From an uncultured Collinsella sp. (lineage in GTDB: Bacteria > Actinomycetota > Coriobacteriia > Coriobacteriales > Coriobacteriaceae): a stretch of DNA of 64,000 bases. The stretch lies in NCBI GenBank assembly GCA_900550515.1, contig URSP01000001.1, positions 3,736-67,735 on the forward strand, in the 5' to 3' direction. Position numbers and translations under genes: made by a program. The notes beneath the pieces were generated by a model. That model was not told where the DNA came from and searched no databases. It saw only the letters and a program-made list of their open reading frames with translations. Below are positions 38,995 to 48,975 of this stretch, in pieces (positions within the stretch are counted from its first letter, which is position 1; each line of letters begins with the position of its first letter).

Positions 38995-40143
38995 ATGAAA
39001 ACCATTAATCGTCTGGCCTCCTTTATCAAGGCCGACCACCGTTATGTATACCTGGGCACGAGCGTCATCGCGGCGCTCGGCCTGGCGTTTAGCCAGCGCA
39101 ACCCCACGCCGATGAGTTTCTTGGCCCCCACCGGTATCTTCCAGGATTGCCTTTGGGCGATTCTTTGGGCCTGGCTCGTCGTGTCGGCGGCGGCGTTGGT
39201 CACCAAGCTCATGCACTGGAACGACTATCGCGAAAAGTCGCCGTTTGCTTCCGAGCGCTTCCGTCGCGGCGCGCGCCTGGGCAGTTATGTTGTCGTTGCT
39301 ATTGCGGCGATCTTCTTTGTCGACCGCTGCGTCATGTCGTTTATCGACCTGGTGCAGGTGAGCATTGTCTCGGATTCCAACCCCAGCGACTTTTTGTCGA
39401 GCCTGGTCTACATGACCTACAAGAGCGGGGACTTCTTCATTCGCGGTATCGAGATCACCATCGCGCTTGCCACCTTCGGCACCGTCATCGCATTCTTCCT
39501 GGCGCTGCTCTTCGTGTTCCTACGCATTCAGACGTTCGACCGCGTGGATAACGACCTGGTGCGCTTCTTTAAGAGTATCGGCCGCGGCTTTGCGACCGTC
39601 TACTCCACCATCGTGCGCGGCACGCCCATGATGGTCCAGGGCCTGCTCATCTATTACGCGGGCTTCACCGTTTTGCGCGGCATGGGCTTCGAGACCGCCC
39701 AGGCCAACCAGATCTGGAGCACCTTCACCGCCGGCCTCGTCACCATCTCGCTCAACTCCACCGCCTACATGATGGAGGTCCTGCGCGGCGGCATCGAGTC
39801 CATCGATCCCGGCCAGGCCGAGGCAGCACGCTCGCTGGGCCTGTCGCAGTGGCAAGCTATGCGCAAAGTCGTGTTCCCCCAGGGCATTAAAAACGCGATT
39901 CCGGCGCTCACCAACGAGCTCATCATCAACATCAAGGATTCGTCGGTGCTCTCGGTCATCGGCGTGTTTGACCTCATGTACGCCACCACCACCGTCGCCG
40001 GCGTGTACTACCGCCAGATGGAGGTCTACTGCGTGGCGCTCGTGGTCTACCTGATCCTGACGCTCGTGGCGAGCCGCCTGCTCGAGGCCTTTGGCAAAAA
40101 GCTCGGCGCCGAGGCTCCGGTCACGCTGCCCAGCTCCAACTAG
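38995..40143 (+). CDS. Amino-acid ABC transporter permease with N-terminal extension
   Basis: [24 protein letters not shown] and IKDSS. Confidence 0.9.
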   Translation: MKTINRLASFIKADHRYVYLGTSVIAALGLAFSQRNPTPMSFLAPTGIFQDCLWAILWAWLVVSAAALVTKLMHWNDYREKSPFASERFRRGARLGSYVVVAIAAIFFVDRCVMSFIDLVQVSIVSDSNPSDFLSSLVYMTYKSGDFFIRGIEITIALATFGTVIAFFLALLFVFLRIQTFDRVDNDLVRFFKSIGRGFATVYSTIVRGTPMMVQGLLIYYAGFTVLRGMGFETAQANQIWSTFTAGLVTISLNSTAYMMEVLRGGIESIDPGQAEAARSLGLSQWQAMRKVVFPQGIKNAIPALTNELIINIKDSSVLSVIGVFDLMYATTTVAGVYYRQMEVYCVALVVYLILTLVASRLLEAFGKKLGAEAPVTLPSSN

Positions 40144-40165
40144 GCTCAAGACGAGGAGAATCATC

Positions 40166-40951
40166 ATGGCAGATACCGCCACTACCGGCACCGCGGCCGC
40201 CGCACAGACCAATGAGCCGCTCATCCGCGTCGAGGGCCTGCGCAAGAGCTTTGGCTCGCTCGAGGTGCTCAAGGGCATCGACCTGTCCGTTAACCCCGGC
40301 GAGGTCGTCACCATTATCGGCGCCTCAGGCTCGGGCAAATCGACCTTTCTGCGCTGCCTCAACCTGCTCGAGACTCCGGACGCGGGCCATATCTGGTTCC
40401 ACGGCCAGGACCTTACGGCCGAGCGCTGCAACATTAACAAGCTGCGTGAGGACATCGGCATGGTGTTCCAGGGCTTTAACCTGTTCAACAACATGGATGT
40501 GCTCGACAACTGCACGCTCGCGCCCGTCACGCTCAAAAAGATGAGCAAGACCGAGGCCGAGAAGGTCGCGATGGAGCATCTGACGAGCGTGGGGCTCGAG
40601 AAGTTCGCGCACGCCGCCGTGGGTCGCCTGTCCGGCGGCCAAAAGCAGCGCGTGGCCATCGCTCGTGCCCTATGCATGAATCCGCAGATCATGCTGTTCG
40701 ACGAGCCGACCTCCGCACTCGACCCCGAGATCGTGGGCGAGGTGCTCGAGGTCATGCGCAAGCTCGCGGCCGACGGCATGACCATGGTCGTCGTCACGCA
40801 CGAGATGGCCTTTGCCCGCACGGTGTCCGACCGCGTGGTCTTTATGGACAAGGGCGTGGTGCTCGAGGATGCCGCGCCGGCCGAGCTCTTCGGCAACCCC
40901 AAACATCAGCGCACGCGCGAGTTCCTCTCGCGTTATCTCGAGGACAAATAA
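40166..40951 (+). CDS. Amino-acid ABC transporter ATPase (GlnQ-like)
   Basis: [26 protein letters not shown] and VTHEM. Confidence 0.95.
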   Translation: MADTATTGTAAAAQTNEPLIRVEGLRKSFGSLEVLKGIDLSVNPGEVVTIIGASGSGKSTFLRCLNLLETPDAGHIWFHGQDLTAERCNINKLREDIGMVFQGFNLFNNMDVLDNCTLAPVTLKKMSKTEAEKVAMEHLTSVGLEKFAHAAVGRLSGGQKQRVAIARALCMNPQIMLFDEPTSALDPEIVGEVLEVMRKLAADGMTMVVVTHEMAFARTVSDRVVFMDKGVVLEDAAPAELFGNPKHQRTREFLSRYLEDK

Positions 40952-41023
40952 CCGACCGCAAACGCTTATGTGGCAGGGCCGCTCCCGTGGGGCGGCCCTT
41001 GTCGTCACAATCGAAAGGATGTC

Positions 41024-42439
41024 ATGGCCGAGGTTTGGCGCTTTTTTGCGCATGAGGATGATTTTGCCGATCTGGACGAGGCTAGTGCGTGCGAGCGCCT
41101 GGGCCGCGTGCTGTCGTTTCTGACCATCTCGAGTATGGATGCCGAGGCGGTGAACTGGCAGCCGTTCGACGACCTGCGCGCGTATATGCAGCAGGCTTGG
41201 CCGCACGTATTTACGGCGGGTAAGGTCGAGCTTATCGACCATTCGCTATTGGTGACGCTTAGCGGTTCCGACCCTGCCCTCAAACCCGTCATGCTCATGG
41301 GCCACATGGACGTGGTTCCCGTGGTACCCGGCACCGAGGCTGACTGGACGCATGTCCCCTTTAGCGGACATGTGGACGACACCTACATTTGGGGTCGCGG
41401 CGCCATCGATATGAAAGACCAGGTCGCAGGCATTCTCGAGGCGGTTGAGTATGCGCTCGCACACGGCTGGGAGCACGAGCGCACCCTGCTGCTGGCTTTT
41501 GGCCAGGACGAGGAAACCACGCAGTTCGGTGCGGGTGCCATCGGCCGCGTGCTCGAAGAGCGCGGCATTGAGCTTGAGTACCTGATCGACGAGGGCGACT
41601 ACCGCATCGTTCCGGCTGCCGAGTACGGCGCGGGCGAGGGCTGGCTTATGCATGCCGATCTCGCGGAGAAGGGCTACGCCGATATCGTGTTGAGGACGCG
41701 TAGCGAGGGCGGGCATTCCTCCAACCCCTACGGGGGCACTTCACTCGAGGTGCTCAGCCGTGCCATCACCGCAATCTGCGATATCGAGTGGCCGACGCGC
41801 GTGACCGACTTGCTTGCCGCCCAACTCGTCGAGTTGGGGCTCTACACGGCCGATGAAATTGCCGCCAACGGGGATGCCATTGTCCGCGATTGCCTCGCCA
41901 GCAAAAAGCTCTATCCGCTGGTGACGACCACCTGCGCGCCCACGCAGATCGAGGGTGGCAGCACCGGCGCCAACGTAATGCCGCAGGATATGTGGGCCAA
42001 CATTAACTTCCGCATGCTCGAGGGCACGAGCGTGGCCGACGTTGTGGCGCGCTGCCGTGAGGCGGTTGCCGGGGCGGACCTTGCCGGTCGTGTCGAAGTG
42101 GAGCTGGGCCCCGGCAGCTCCGAACCCTCGCCGTCCCCGCGCATCGGTGGTCCCGGTCTCGAGGCGGTTCGCTCCATCGCCGTCCGCTATTTCCGTGATC
42201 CAAAGGGGATGGAGGAAAACGGATCATTCGAGCCAGTGGCAATTGTGCCCTCGACCGTGATCGGTGCGACCGACGCTGCCAACTACCAGCACATTTGCCC
42301 TGAGTGCATTCGCTTCTCGGCCTTTGTGGTTGATGACGACGAGTGTGATCGCGGCGTCCACGGCACCAACGAGCGCATCACCCGCCGCGCCTACCTCCAG
42401 GGTGTCCGCTTCCTCATCGCCCTGCTCCACAAGCTCTAG
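41024..42439 (+). CDS. M20 family peptidase (carboxypeptidase S-like)
   Basis: GHMDVVP, WGRGAIDMK, DEE, DEG, GGHSS, GATD and HGTNER. Confidence 0.9.
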   Translation: MAEVWRFFAHEDDFADLDEASACERLGRVLSFLTISSMDAEAVNWQPFDDLRAYMQQAWPHVFTAGKVELIDHSLLVTLSGSDPALKPVMLMGHMDVVPVVPGTEADWTHVPFSGHVDDTYIWGRGAIDMKDQVAGILEAVEYALAHGWEHERTLLLAFGQDEETTQFGAGAIGRVLEERGIELEYLIDEGDYRIVPAAEYGAGEGWLMHADLAEKGYADIVLRTRSEGGHSSNPYGGTSLEVLSRAITAICDIEWPTRVTDLLAAQLVELGLYTADEIAANGDAIVRDCLASKKLYPLVTTTCAPTQIEGGSTGANVMPQDMWANINFRMLEGTSVADVVARCREAVAGADLAGRVEVELGPGSSEPSPSPRIGGPGLEAVRSIAVRYFRDPKGMEENGSFEPVAIVPSTVIGATDAANYQHICPECIRFSAFVVDDDECDRGVHGTNERITRRAYLQGVRFLIALLHKL

Positions 42440-42473
42440 AATCTGACAAAGGGACTGTCCCTTTGTCAGATTC
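42439..42473. repeat. REP-like palindrome family C
   Basis: GAATCTGACAAAGGGAC-T-GTCCCTTTGTCAGATTC with a compensatory G-C to C-G change. Confidence 0.9.
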
Positions 42474-42667
42474 CGTGCGGGTTATATGCAGGTTTGCCTG
42501 CGCACGCTATCATATATGGGTTAGACCGCAATTATGTACCCCATACGCGAAGGGATGCGCATGTATCTGAAGATCGACATGTTCTAGCTGGGCTTACCCC
42601 CGCAGCGGCGCCCCGCGCCCCATCAATTCTGCCGATTTTCACCTTCACGCATATAAAGGAGTCCGTC

Positions 42668-43735
42668 ATGCGCGACAAGCTCGAAAAGATCATCAAGGCC
42701 TACGAGGAGCTCGAGAAGAAGCTTTCCGACCCGGCCGTCGCCTCCGATATCAAGGAGTTCACGCGTCTCAACAAGGAGTACGCGCACCAGTCCGACCTCA
42801 TTGCTGCCTCGCGCGAGTACATCGGCGCGCTCGATGACATCGAGGCTGCCAAGGAAATGCTGCACGATACCACTGATGCCGATGAGAAGGAGATGCTCCA
42901 GATGGACATCTCCGAAAACGAGGCCAAGCTTCCCCAGCTCGAGGAAGACATCAAGTACATGCTCATTCCGAGCGACCCCAACGACGACAAGAACACCATC
43001 GTCGAGATTCGCTCCGCCGCCGGTGGCGACGAGGCGGCCATCTTTGCCGGCGACCTGTACAAGATGTATCAGCGCTTTTGCGAGTCGCGCGGCTGGAAGA
43101 CCACCGTGCTCGACTCCAGCCCCAGCGAGGCCGGTGGCTTTAAGTCCATTGAGTTCAAGGTCGAGGGCGACCGCGTCTACTCCGTTATGAAGTTCGAGTC
43201 CGGCGTGCACCGCGTCCAGCGCGTTCCCAAGACTGAGTCCCAGGGCCGCATTCAGACCTCCACGGCTACCGTCGCCGTACTTCCCGAGGCCGAGGAGATC
43301 GACGTCCAGATCAACCAGTCCGACCTGCGCATCGACACCTACTGCGCCTCCGGCCCTGGCGGTCAGTGCGTTAACACCACCTACTCCGCCGTGCGCATCA
43401 CCCACCTGCCCACCAACACCGTGGTGCAGTCGCAGGAGCAGCGTTCCCAGATCCAGAACCGCGAGGTCTGCATGCAGATGCTGCGCGCCCGTCTGTACGA
43501 GATGGAACTCGAGAAGCAGCAGGCAGAGCTCGGTGCCGAGCGCCAAAGCCAGATCGGCCACGGCAACCGTTCCGAGAAGATCCGTACCTACAACCAGCCC
43601 CAGGACCGCGTGACCGATCACCGCATCGGTTTCAACTCCACCTATAACGGCGTCCTTCTGGGCGATCAACTCGGCACCGTCATCGAGGCGCTCGCCGCCG
43701 CCGAGCGAGCCGAGAAGCTGGCACAGGCCGTGTAG
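42668..43735 (+). CDS. prfA: Peptide chain release factor 1
   Basis: GGDEA, HRVQRVPKTE (PxT), GPGGQ and RVTDHRI. Confidence 0.97.
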   Translation: MRDKLEKIIKAYEELEKKLSDPAVASDIKEFTRLNKEYAHQSDLIAASREYIGALDDIEAAKEMLHDTTDADEKEMLQMDISENEAKLPQLEEDIKYMLIPSDPNDDKNTIVEIRSAAGGDEAAIFAGDLYKMYQRFCESRGWKTTVLDSSPSEAGGFKSIEFKVEGDRVYSVMKFESGVHRVQRVPKTESQGRIQTSTATVAVLPEAEEIDVQINQSDLRIDTYCASGPGGQCVNTTYSAVRITHLPTNTVVQSQEQRSQIQNREVCMQMLRARLYEMELEKQQAELGAERQSQIGHGNRSEKIRTYNQPQDRVTDHRIGFNSTYNGVLLGDQLGTVIEALAAAERAEKLAQAV

Positions 43736-43737
43736 TA

Positions 43738-43890
43738 GGTTCCGCCGTTCTACCGAACGGCGGACCGGCCGACGCTGCGCGGGCCGCATTTGGACAATCT
43801 GACGTTCAACTTCAAGGGCGCGACCAGAAGGTCAGCGCCCTTTCGTTTCACGTCACCTTGTCTCAAATGCGACCCGCTCGCTGTCCGTCC
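43738..43890 (+). repeat. Structured element family B, copy 3
   Basis: GGTTCCGCCGTTC..GAACGGCGGACC hairpin, CGACGCTGCGCG, ACAATCTGACGTTCAA, AAGGGCGC-GACCAGAAGGTC-A-GCGCCCTT. Confidence 0.8.
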
Positions 43891-44370
43891 TCTACCTGCG
43901 GCGCTGCCTTGCTCCGGATGCGGTATGCTCAACCTGCGGCGCCTTAGAGGTAGTCATTGGGGACGTTCTTAAATGACTAGGTTGGGCACATTGCTTTGAG
44001 ATGTTATTCAATCGGCTTTGATGGCCATGAAGCCGGCTACCTGCTCAAAGAAATTAGCGGCATTTATCTGCTATTGAAAATAATGCTCAAAAAATCGTTC
44101 AAGAAGTCGCAGTGCATTTTTTGGTGCGTCGCGCGTCAAGTGATTTGGCTAGTTCTTGGTTAGATATTGGTCAGTTTTGGGGCAACCTTGCCAAAAGCTT
44201 GACGAATGCAAATCTAGACGTCGGCGAATGAACACTTTGAGCGAGCTCGGTGCAAAATTCTGGGCTGATTCTCGATAATCGTCTTCAATCGTCCCTTGCC
44301 AAGCGCTGGCCTCGCGTACAATCTGCTCCGACATTCGCGCGCCGTCCGGCGCTTAAGAGGGGAGGGCCCC

Positions 44371-45645
44371 ATGGCAAACGAGATTTGGACCATCAAGCGT
44401 TGTCTCGAGTGGACCAAGGAGTACCTGGCCGAGCGCGGCGAGGAGCACCCCCGTCTTTCTGCCGAGTGGCTGCTCTGCGCTGCCACGGGTTTGGCACGCA
44501 TCGACTTATATATGCGCATGGACGAGACGCTTAACGCGGCTCAGCTCGAGACCATGCACGCGGCCGTTGTTCGTCGCGCTAAAGGTGAACCGCTGCAGTA
44601 CATCACCGGCAGCACGCAGTTTCGCATGATCGACGTCGCGTGCGCCCCCGGCGTGCTCATTCCGCGTCCCGAGACCGAGATGCTCGTCGAGGAAGTTCTG
44701 AACTATCTGGATGCCGAGGTGCTGAGCCCCGAGGCCGCTGCCCGCCAGCGCGTGGAGCTGCCTTGGAACGATGAGGTCGAGCAGGCCCGCAAAGCCGAGG
44801 CGGCGCTGGCTGACGAACGCGCGGCCGCCGAGCGCCGTGCCGCCAACCTGACGGCCGCCGATGAGGCTGCGCTGGGTAGCGACGTGCTCGGTAGCCGCGC
44901 CTATGCCGAGGAACTGGCCGACCGCGAGGCCGAGGAAGCCGCCGCGCAGGCAGCAGAAGCCGAAGCGGCAGAAGCAGAGGCCATGGAAACCCCCGAGCCC
45001 GAGCTCGACGAATACGGCATCGCCATTGAGGACAACGACCAACAGGCGACTCCCGCGCAAGATGCCGCCGAGGCCAACGTATCTGCCCCAGCCGAGCCCC
45101 GCACTGCCCGCGTTCTCGAGGTCGGCTGCGGCACGGGCTGCATTTCGCTCTCCCTTGCCTGGGAGCGCCGCGGGCACGTTACCTGCACTGCTACCGATAT
45201 CGAGCCGCGCGCCATCGACCTTGCTACCAAAAACCGCGATGCGCTTGGCCTCACGTCCGACGAGGTCGCCTTCAGCCTCACAAACCTGGTGAGCTCCATT
45301 CCCCGCGAAGAGTGGGGCACCTTTGACGTACTCGTCTCCAACCCGCCCTACATCCCCACCGATGTCATGCGCTCGCTGCCGCATGAGGTCAAGGACTTTG
45401 AGCCCGATCTGGCGCTCGAGGGCGGTGCCGACGGTCTCGATATCTTCCGCCGCCTGCTCAACGCGGCGCCCTACATGCTGCGTGCCGGCGGCCTGTTTGC
45501 CTGCGAGCTCTACGAGGGCGCGCTCGACGCCGCGGCCGAGCTCTGTCGTCAAGCAGGCCTTTCGGACGTGCGTATCGTCCACGACCTCACCGATCGTCCC
45601 CGCATCGTTCGAGCCATCGTCACCGAGCCCAAACAGCGTATTTAA
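44371..45645 (+). CDS. prmC: Release factor glutamine methyltransferase with long acidic insertion
   Basis: GEPLQYI, LIPRPETE, EVGCGTG, SNPPY and EP..AL.GG.DGL. Confidence 0.9.
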   Translation: MANEIWTIKRCLEWTKEYLAERGEEHPRLSAEWLLCAATGLARIDLYMRMDETLNAAQLETMHAAVVRRAKGEPLQYITGSTQFRMIDVACAPGVLIPRPETEMLVEEVLNYLDAEVLSPEAAARQRVELPWNDEVEQARKAEAALADERAAAERRAANLTAADEAALGSDVLGSRAYAEELADREAEEAAAQAAEAEAAEAEAMETPEPELDEYGIAIEDNDQQATPAQDAAEANVSAPAEPRTARVLEVGCGTGCISLSLAWERRGHVTCTATDIEPRAIDLATKNRDALGLTSDEVAFSLTNLVSSIPREEWGTFDVLVSNPPYIPTDVMRSLPHEVKDFEPDLALEGGADGLDIFRRLLNAAPYMLRAGGLFACELYEGALDAAAELCRQAGLSDVRIVHDLTDRPRIVRAIVTEPKQRI

Positions 45646-45720
45646 GCTGAATAAATAGACATTTGCGCAAGTTTGTCCTTGCAATATACCGTAAAACTTC
45701 TACTATAGAAGGAGAAAGGT

Positions 45721-46116
45721 ATGTCAAATCAGCTGCATCGGTACCGTATCGTGCTTGATTACATTGAACCTTGGCTTGATGAGCAGGATGAAGCTACGCT
45801 GAAGCAGATTTATGCAGACCTTTTGGTGCTCGAGAAGGAAGGTCCCAGCCTTGGTCGTCCGCTGGTTGACCGCGTAAAGGGCTCGAAGCTTCATCATTTA
45901 AAGGAGCTGAGAGTGACGTCGTGTGGTGGGCAGGTGATTCGCATCCTCTTCGCCTTTGACCCCAAGCGCCAGGCGGTATTGCTATTGGCGGGTGATAAGT
46001 CGCGAGCGGGATCGTCAAGGGCAAAATGGAACGGTTGGTATGCGATCAACATTCCAAGGGCCGAGCAAATATACCGTCGCCACGTAAGGAGGCTCGATCG
46101 AGATGGAACTGCATGA
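45721..46116 (+). CDS. Type II TA toxin, RelE/HigB-like
   Basis: GPSLGRPLVD....LKELR...IRILFAFDPKRQAVLLLAGDK. Confidence 0.85.
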   Translation: MSNQLHRYRIVLDYIEPWLDEQDEATLKQIYADLLVLEKEGPSLGRPLVDRVKGSKLHHLKELRVTSCGGQVIRILFAFDPKRQAVLLLAGDKSRAGSSRAKWNGWYAINIPRAEQIYRRHVRRLDRDGTA

Positions 46117-46405
46117 GTATATGGAATCTCGCGGGATAACACGCGACTCCATTACCGCCGAGCAGGAGAGGACTCGCGATCGTATCGAAGCCTATAAGCT
46201 TGCTCAGATTCGCAGGTTAAAAGATCTAACACAGGCGTCGGTCGCCCAGTTGATGGGCGTTTCTCAAAAACGTGTATCCGAGCTCGAGCGTGGGGAGTTG
46301 GGTTCGATGAGGCTCGACACGCTGAGCAGGTACGCAGAGAGCCTCGGCGGAAAACTGGTTGCAAGCATCGAGTTTCCCGATCGTACCGTTACGCTTGCGC
46401 GCTAA
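46103..46405 (+). CDS. XRE HTH antitoxin (HigA-like)
   Basis: LAQIR....LTQ..VA..MGVSQKRVS.LERG; overlaps the toxin stop. Confidence 0.85.
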   Translation: MELHEYMESRGITRDSITAEQERTRDRIEAYKLAQIRRLKDLTQASVAQLMGVSQKRVSELERGELGSMRLDTLSRYAESLGGKLVASIEFPDRTVTLAR

Positions 46406-46553
46406 AAATCTTCAATTAACCCCCTCACTTTCACCGACTACTAGAGCCGCTCACCAAACCAACATGCGCTCTGGGCAAATAGGTTGAATGTTTCGTGCGA
46501 GAATGCCCCACAGTAAACAAACTTGCACCGGAGCGTAAGGGGCTGGCATACAC

Positions 46554-47297
46554 ATGCAGACGGTCTATCGGGTATACGAGGGAACGCGCGAGCCGCATCG
46601 GCTTGCCGTCGAGCGCACGGCCGAGGTGCTCGGCCGCGGCGGCCTGGCCTTGATTCCGACCGAGACCGTCTACGGTGTCGCCGTGGCAGTCAACGCCTTC
46701 TCGGACGCCGTGCCCCAAGATACAAGCGAATTCCCATCGTGGCCGCGCGATCCGCATGCCACCGTTAACGGCGCCGCGGTCCCTGCGCTTGGTACTGGCT
46801 ACCGCCGCATCTTTACCCTCAAGCAGCGCAAGCTCACCCAAACGGTCGCCTGGCTGGTCGATGGCGTCGAGGCACTCGACCGCTATGGCGTTGATATCCC
46901 GGAAGATGCCCGCGTGCTTGCCCGACGATGCTGGCCGGGCGCCCTGACCATCGTGGTCAAGGCAGCCCCCTGCGTGCCGACCTTTATGCGCGCTGCCGAC
47001 GACACCGTGGCCCTGCGCGCTTCGGCCTCTCCCGTGGTCCAAGCGCTCATTCGCGCCTGCGGCAGTCCCCTTGCCTGCACGAGCGCCAACACGCACGGCG
47101 CGCCCTCGCCGGCAAGCTTTGCCGCCGTCGAGGGCCGCATCCTGGAGGGGGTCGATGTTGCCGTCGACGCCGGTGAGACCCCGTGTCGCGACGCCTCGAC
47201 CATCGTGTCGTTCCAGCACGGCGGGCTCCAGATCCTGCGCCAAGGCGCACTTCCCGCATCAGAGATCGAACGGGTCCTGTCCGACCCGATGCAATAG
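46554..47297 (+). CDS. tsaC: L-threonylcarbamoyladenylate synthase (TsaC/YrdC/Sua5)
   Basis: PTETVYG, KQR, WPGALT, TSAN and STIV. Confidence 0.85.
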   Translation: MQTVYRVYEGTREPHRLAVERTAEVLGRGGLALIPTETVYGVAVAVNAFSDAVPQDTSEFPSWPRDPHATVNGAAVPALGTGYRRIFTLKQRKLTQTVAWLVDGVEALDRYGVDIPEDARVLARRCWPGALTIVVKAAPCVPTFMRAADDTVALRASASPVVQALIRACGSPLACTSANTHGAPSPASFAAVEGRILEGVDVAVDAGETPCRDASTIVSFQHGGLQILRQGALPASEIERVLSDPMQ

Positions 47298-47310
47298 AAA
47301 GGTGTAAGCG

Positions 47311-48852
47311 ATGTCGTTGAATCTGGGCAGCCTGGGCATGGAAGATGCCTCGTTTAACTTTGGCGGTTCCTACATCATGGCGCTCGACTGCGGCACCACC
47401 TCGGTACTTGCGACCATCGTCGACGAGTACGGCTGCATCGTCGCGCAGGCACGTCGTAGCGTCAAAACCAGCTTCCCACGTCCCGGTTGGATAGAGCAAG
47501 ACCCCATGGAGGTGCTTGCCAGCCAGATCGGCGTGATGATGGAGGTCCAGTTTAAGAGCGGCATCCATTCTGACCGCATCGCCGCCATCGGTATCTCCAA
47601 CCAGCGCGAGACCACGGTGGTCTGGGACCGCGTGAGCGGCCAGCCCATCTATAACGCCATCGTATGGCAGTGCCGTCGTACCGCGCCGGCGATCGACGCG
47701 TTGGTTGAACAGGGTTGCGAGGAGCTGGTGCGCTCCCGCACGGGACTCACACTCGATCCGTATTTCTCGGCTTCCAAGGTGCAGTGGATCCTCGACAACG
47801 TCGACGGTGCGCGTGAGAGTGCGGCGGCGGGCGACCTCATGTTCGGCACCATCGACACCTGGCTCATCTACAACCTCACCGGCAGTCAGGTCTTTGCCAC
47901 CGACTACACCAATGCCAGCCGCACGGCGCTCTTTAATATCCATACACTCGATTGGGACGACGACCTGCTGGCGCTCTTTGACGTTCCACGTTCCATGATG
48001 CCCGAGGTTCGTTGGAGCTCGGGCGACTACGGTCGCGTCGCGAGCGACATCATGACCAACATGCCGCCCATCATGGGCGTGGCGGGCGATCAGCAGGCGT
48101 CGCTGTTCGGCCACTGCTGCTTCCATCCCGGCCAGACCAAAAACACCTATGGCACGGGTTGCTTTATGCTCATGAACACCGGCGACGAGGTCGTCGAATC
48201 CAAGAACGGTCTGGTCTCCACGATCGGTATCGCCGCGGACGGCAAGATCAGCTATGCGCTCGAGGGTTCTATCTTTGCCGCCGGTTCCACCATGAACTGG
48301 CTGCGCAACAACATGGGCATCATCTCGAGCGTGAGCGAGTCGGCACAACTTGCCGCTTCGATTAGCGACAACGAGGGCTGCTACTTCGTTCCCGCCTTTG
48401 CGGGTTTGGGTGCTCCCTGGTGGGACCCGCATGCCCGCGGTATCGTATGCGGTCTGACCGGCGCCTCGAGCCGTGCGACCATCGTACGTGCCGCCTGCGA
48501 ATCCATGGCATATCAGAGCTACGACGTGCTGCGCGCCATGGAGCAGGACGTGGGGCTTTCGATCGAGCGCCTGTCTGTCGATGGCGGTGCCTCGCGCAAC
48601 GAGTTCATCATGCAATTCCAGGCCGACCTGCTGGATATCCCCGTGCTGCAATGCGAGACGGTGGAGACCACGGCAATCGGTGCCGCGTACTTGGCGGGTC
48701 TTGCCGTCGGCTATTGGGAAGACCTTGAAGAGCTGGAGCAAAATGCCCAGATCGTTAGGACCTTCCTTCCCCACATGTCCGCCGAGCGCCGCGAGCAAAA
48801 CCTTGCGGGCTGGCGTGATGCAGTCAGGCGCTCGCTCAGCACCTCACAGTAG
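47311..48852 (+). CDS. glpK: Glycerol kinase family (FGGY)
   Basis: NQRETT, WQCRRT, DPYFSASK, GDQQA, KNTYGTG and VDGG. Confidence 0.85.
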   Translation: MSLNLGSLGMEDASFNFGGSYIMALDCGTTSVLATIVDEYGCIVAQARRSVKTSFPRPGWIEQDPMEVLASQIGVMMEVQFKSGIHSDRIAAIGISNQRETTVVWDRVSGQPIYNAIVWQCRRTAPAIDALVEQGCEELVRSRTGLTLDPYFSASKVQWILDNVDGARESAAAGDLMFGTIDTWLIYNLTGSQVFATDYTNASRTALFNIHTLDWDDDLLALFDVPRSMMPEVRWSSGDYGRVASDIMTNMPPIMGVAGDQQASLFGHCCFHPGQTKNTYGTGCFMLMNTGDEVVESKNGLVSTIGIAADGKISYALEGSIFAAGSTMNWLRNNMGIISSVSESAQLAASISDNEGCYFVPAFAGLGAPWWDPHARGIVCGLTGASSRATIVRAACESMAYQSYDVLRAMEQDVGLSIERLSVDGGASRNEFIMQFQADLLDIPVLQCETVETTAIGAAYLAGLAVGYWEDLEELEQNAQIVRTFLPHMSAERREQNLAGWRDAVRRSLSTSQ

Positions 48853-48975
48853 GGCTGCGATGGGCTGCTCGATACAACAAACCGCTAAACTTATGCATGG
48901 CGTGCGGCGGCAACATTGCTGCACGCCTTGTCAGCAAGGCCGTTTTGCGGCCGCAACGAAAGGGGCAATCAATCC

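Noticed and set aside
42668..43735. Possible prfB-type programmed frameshift
   Set aside because: The ORF is continuous and carries the RF1 PxT motif.
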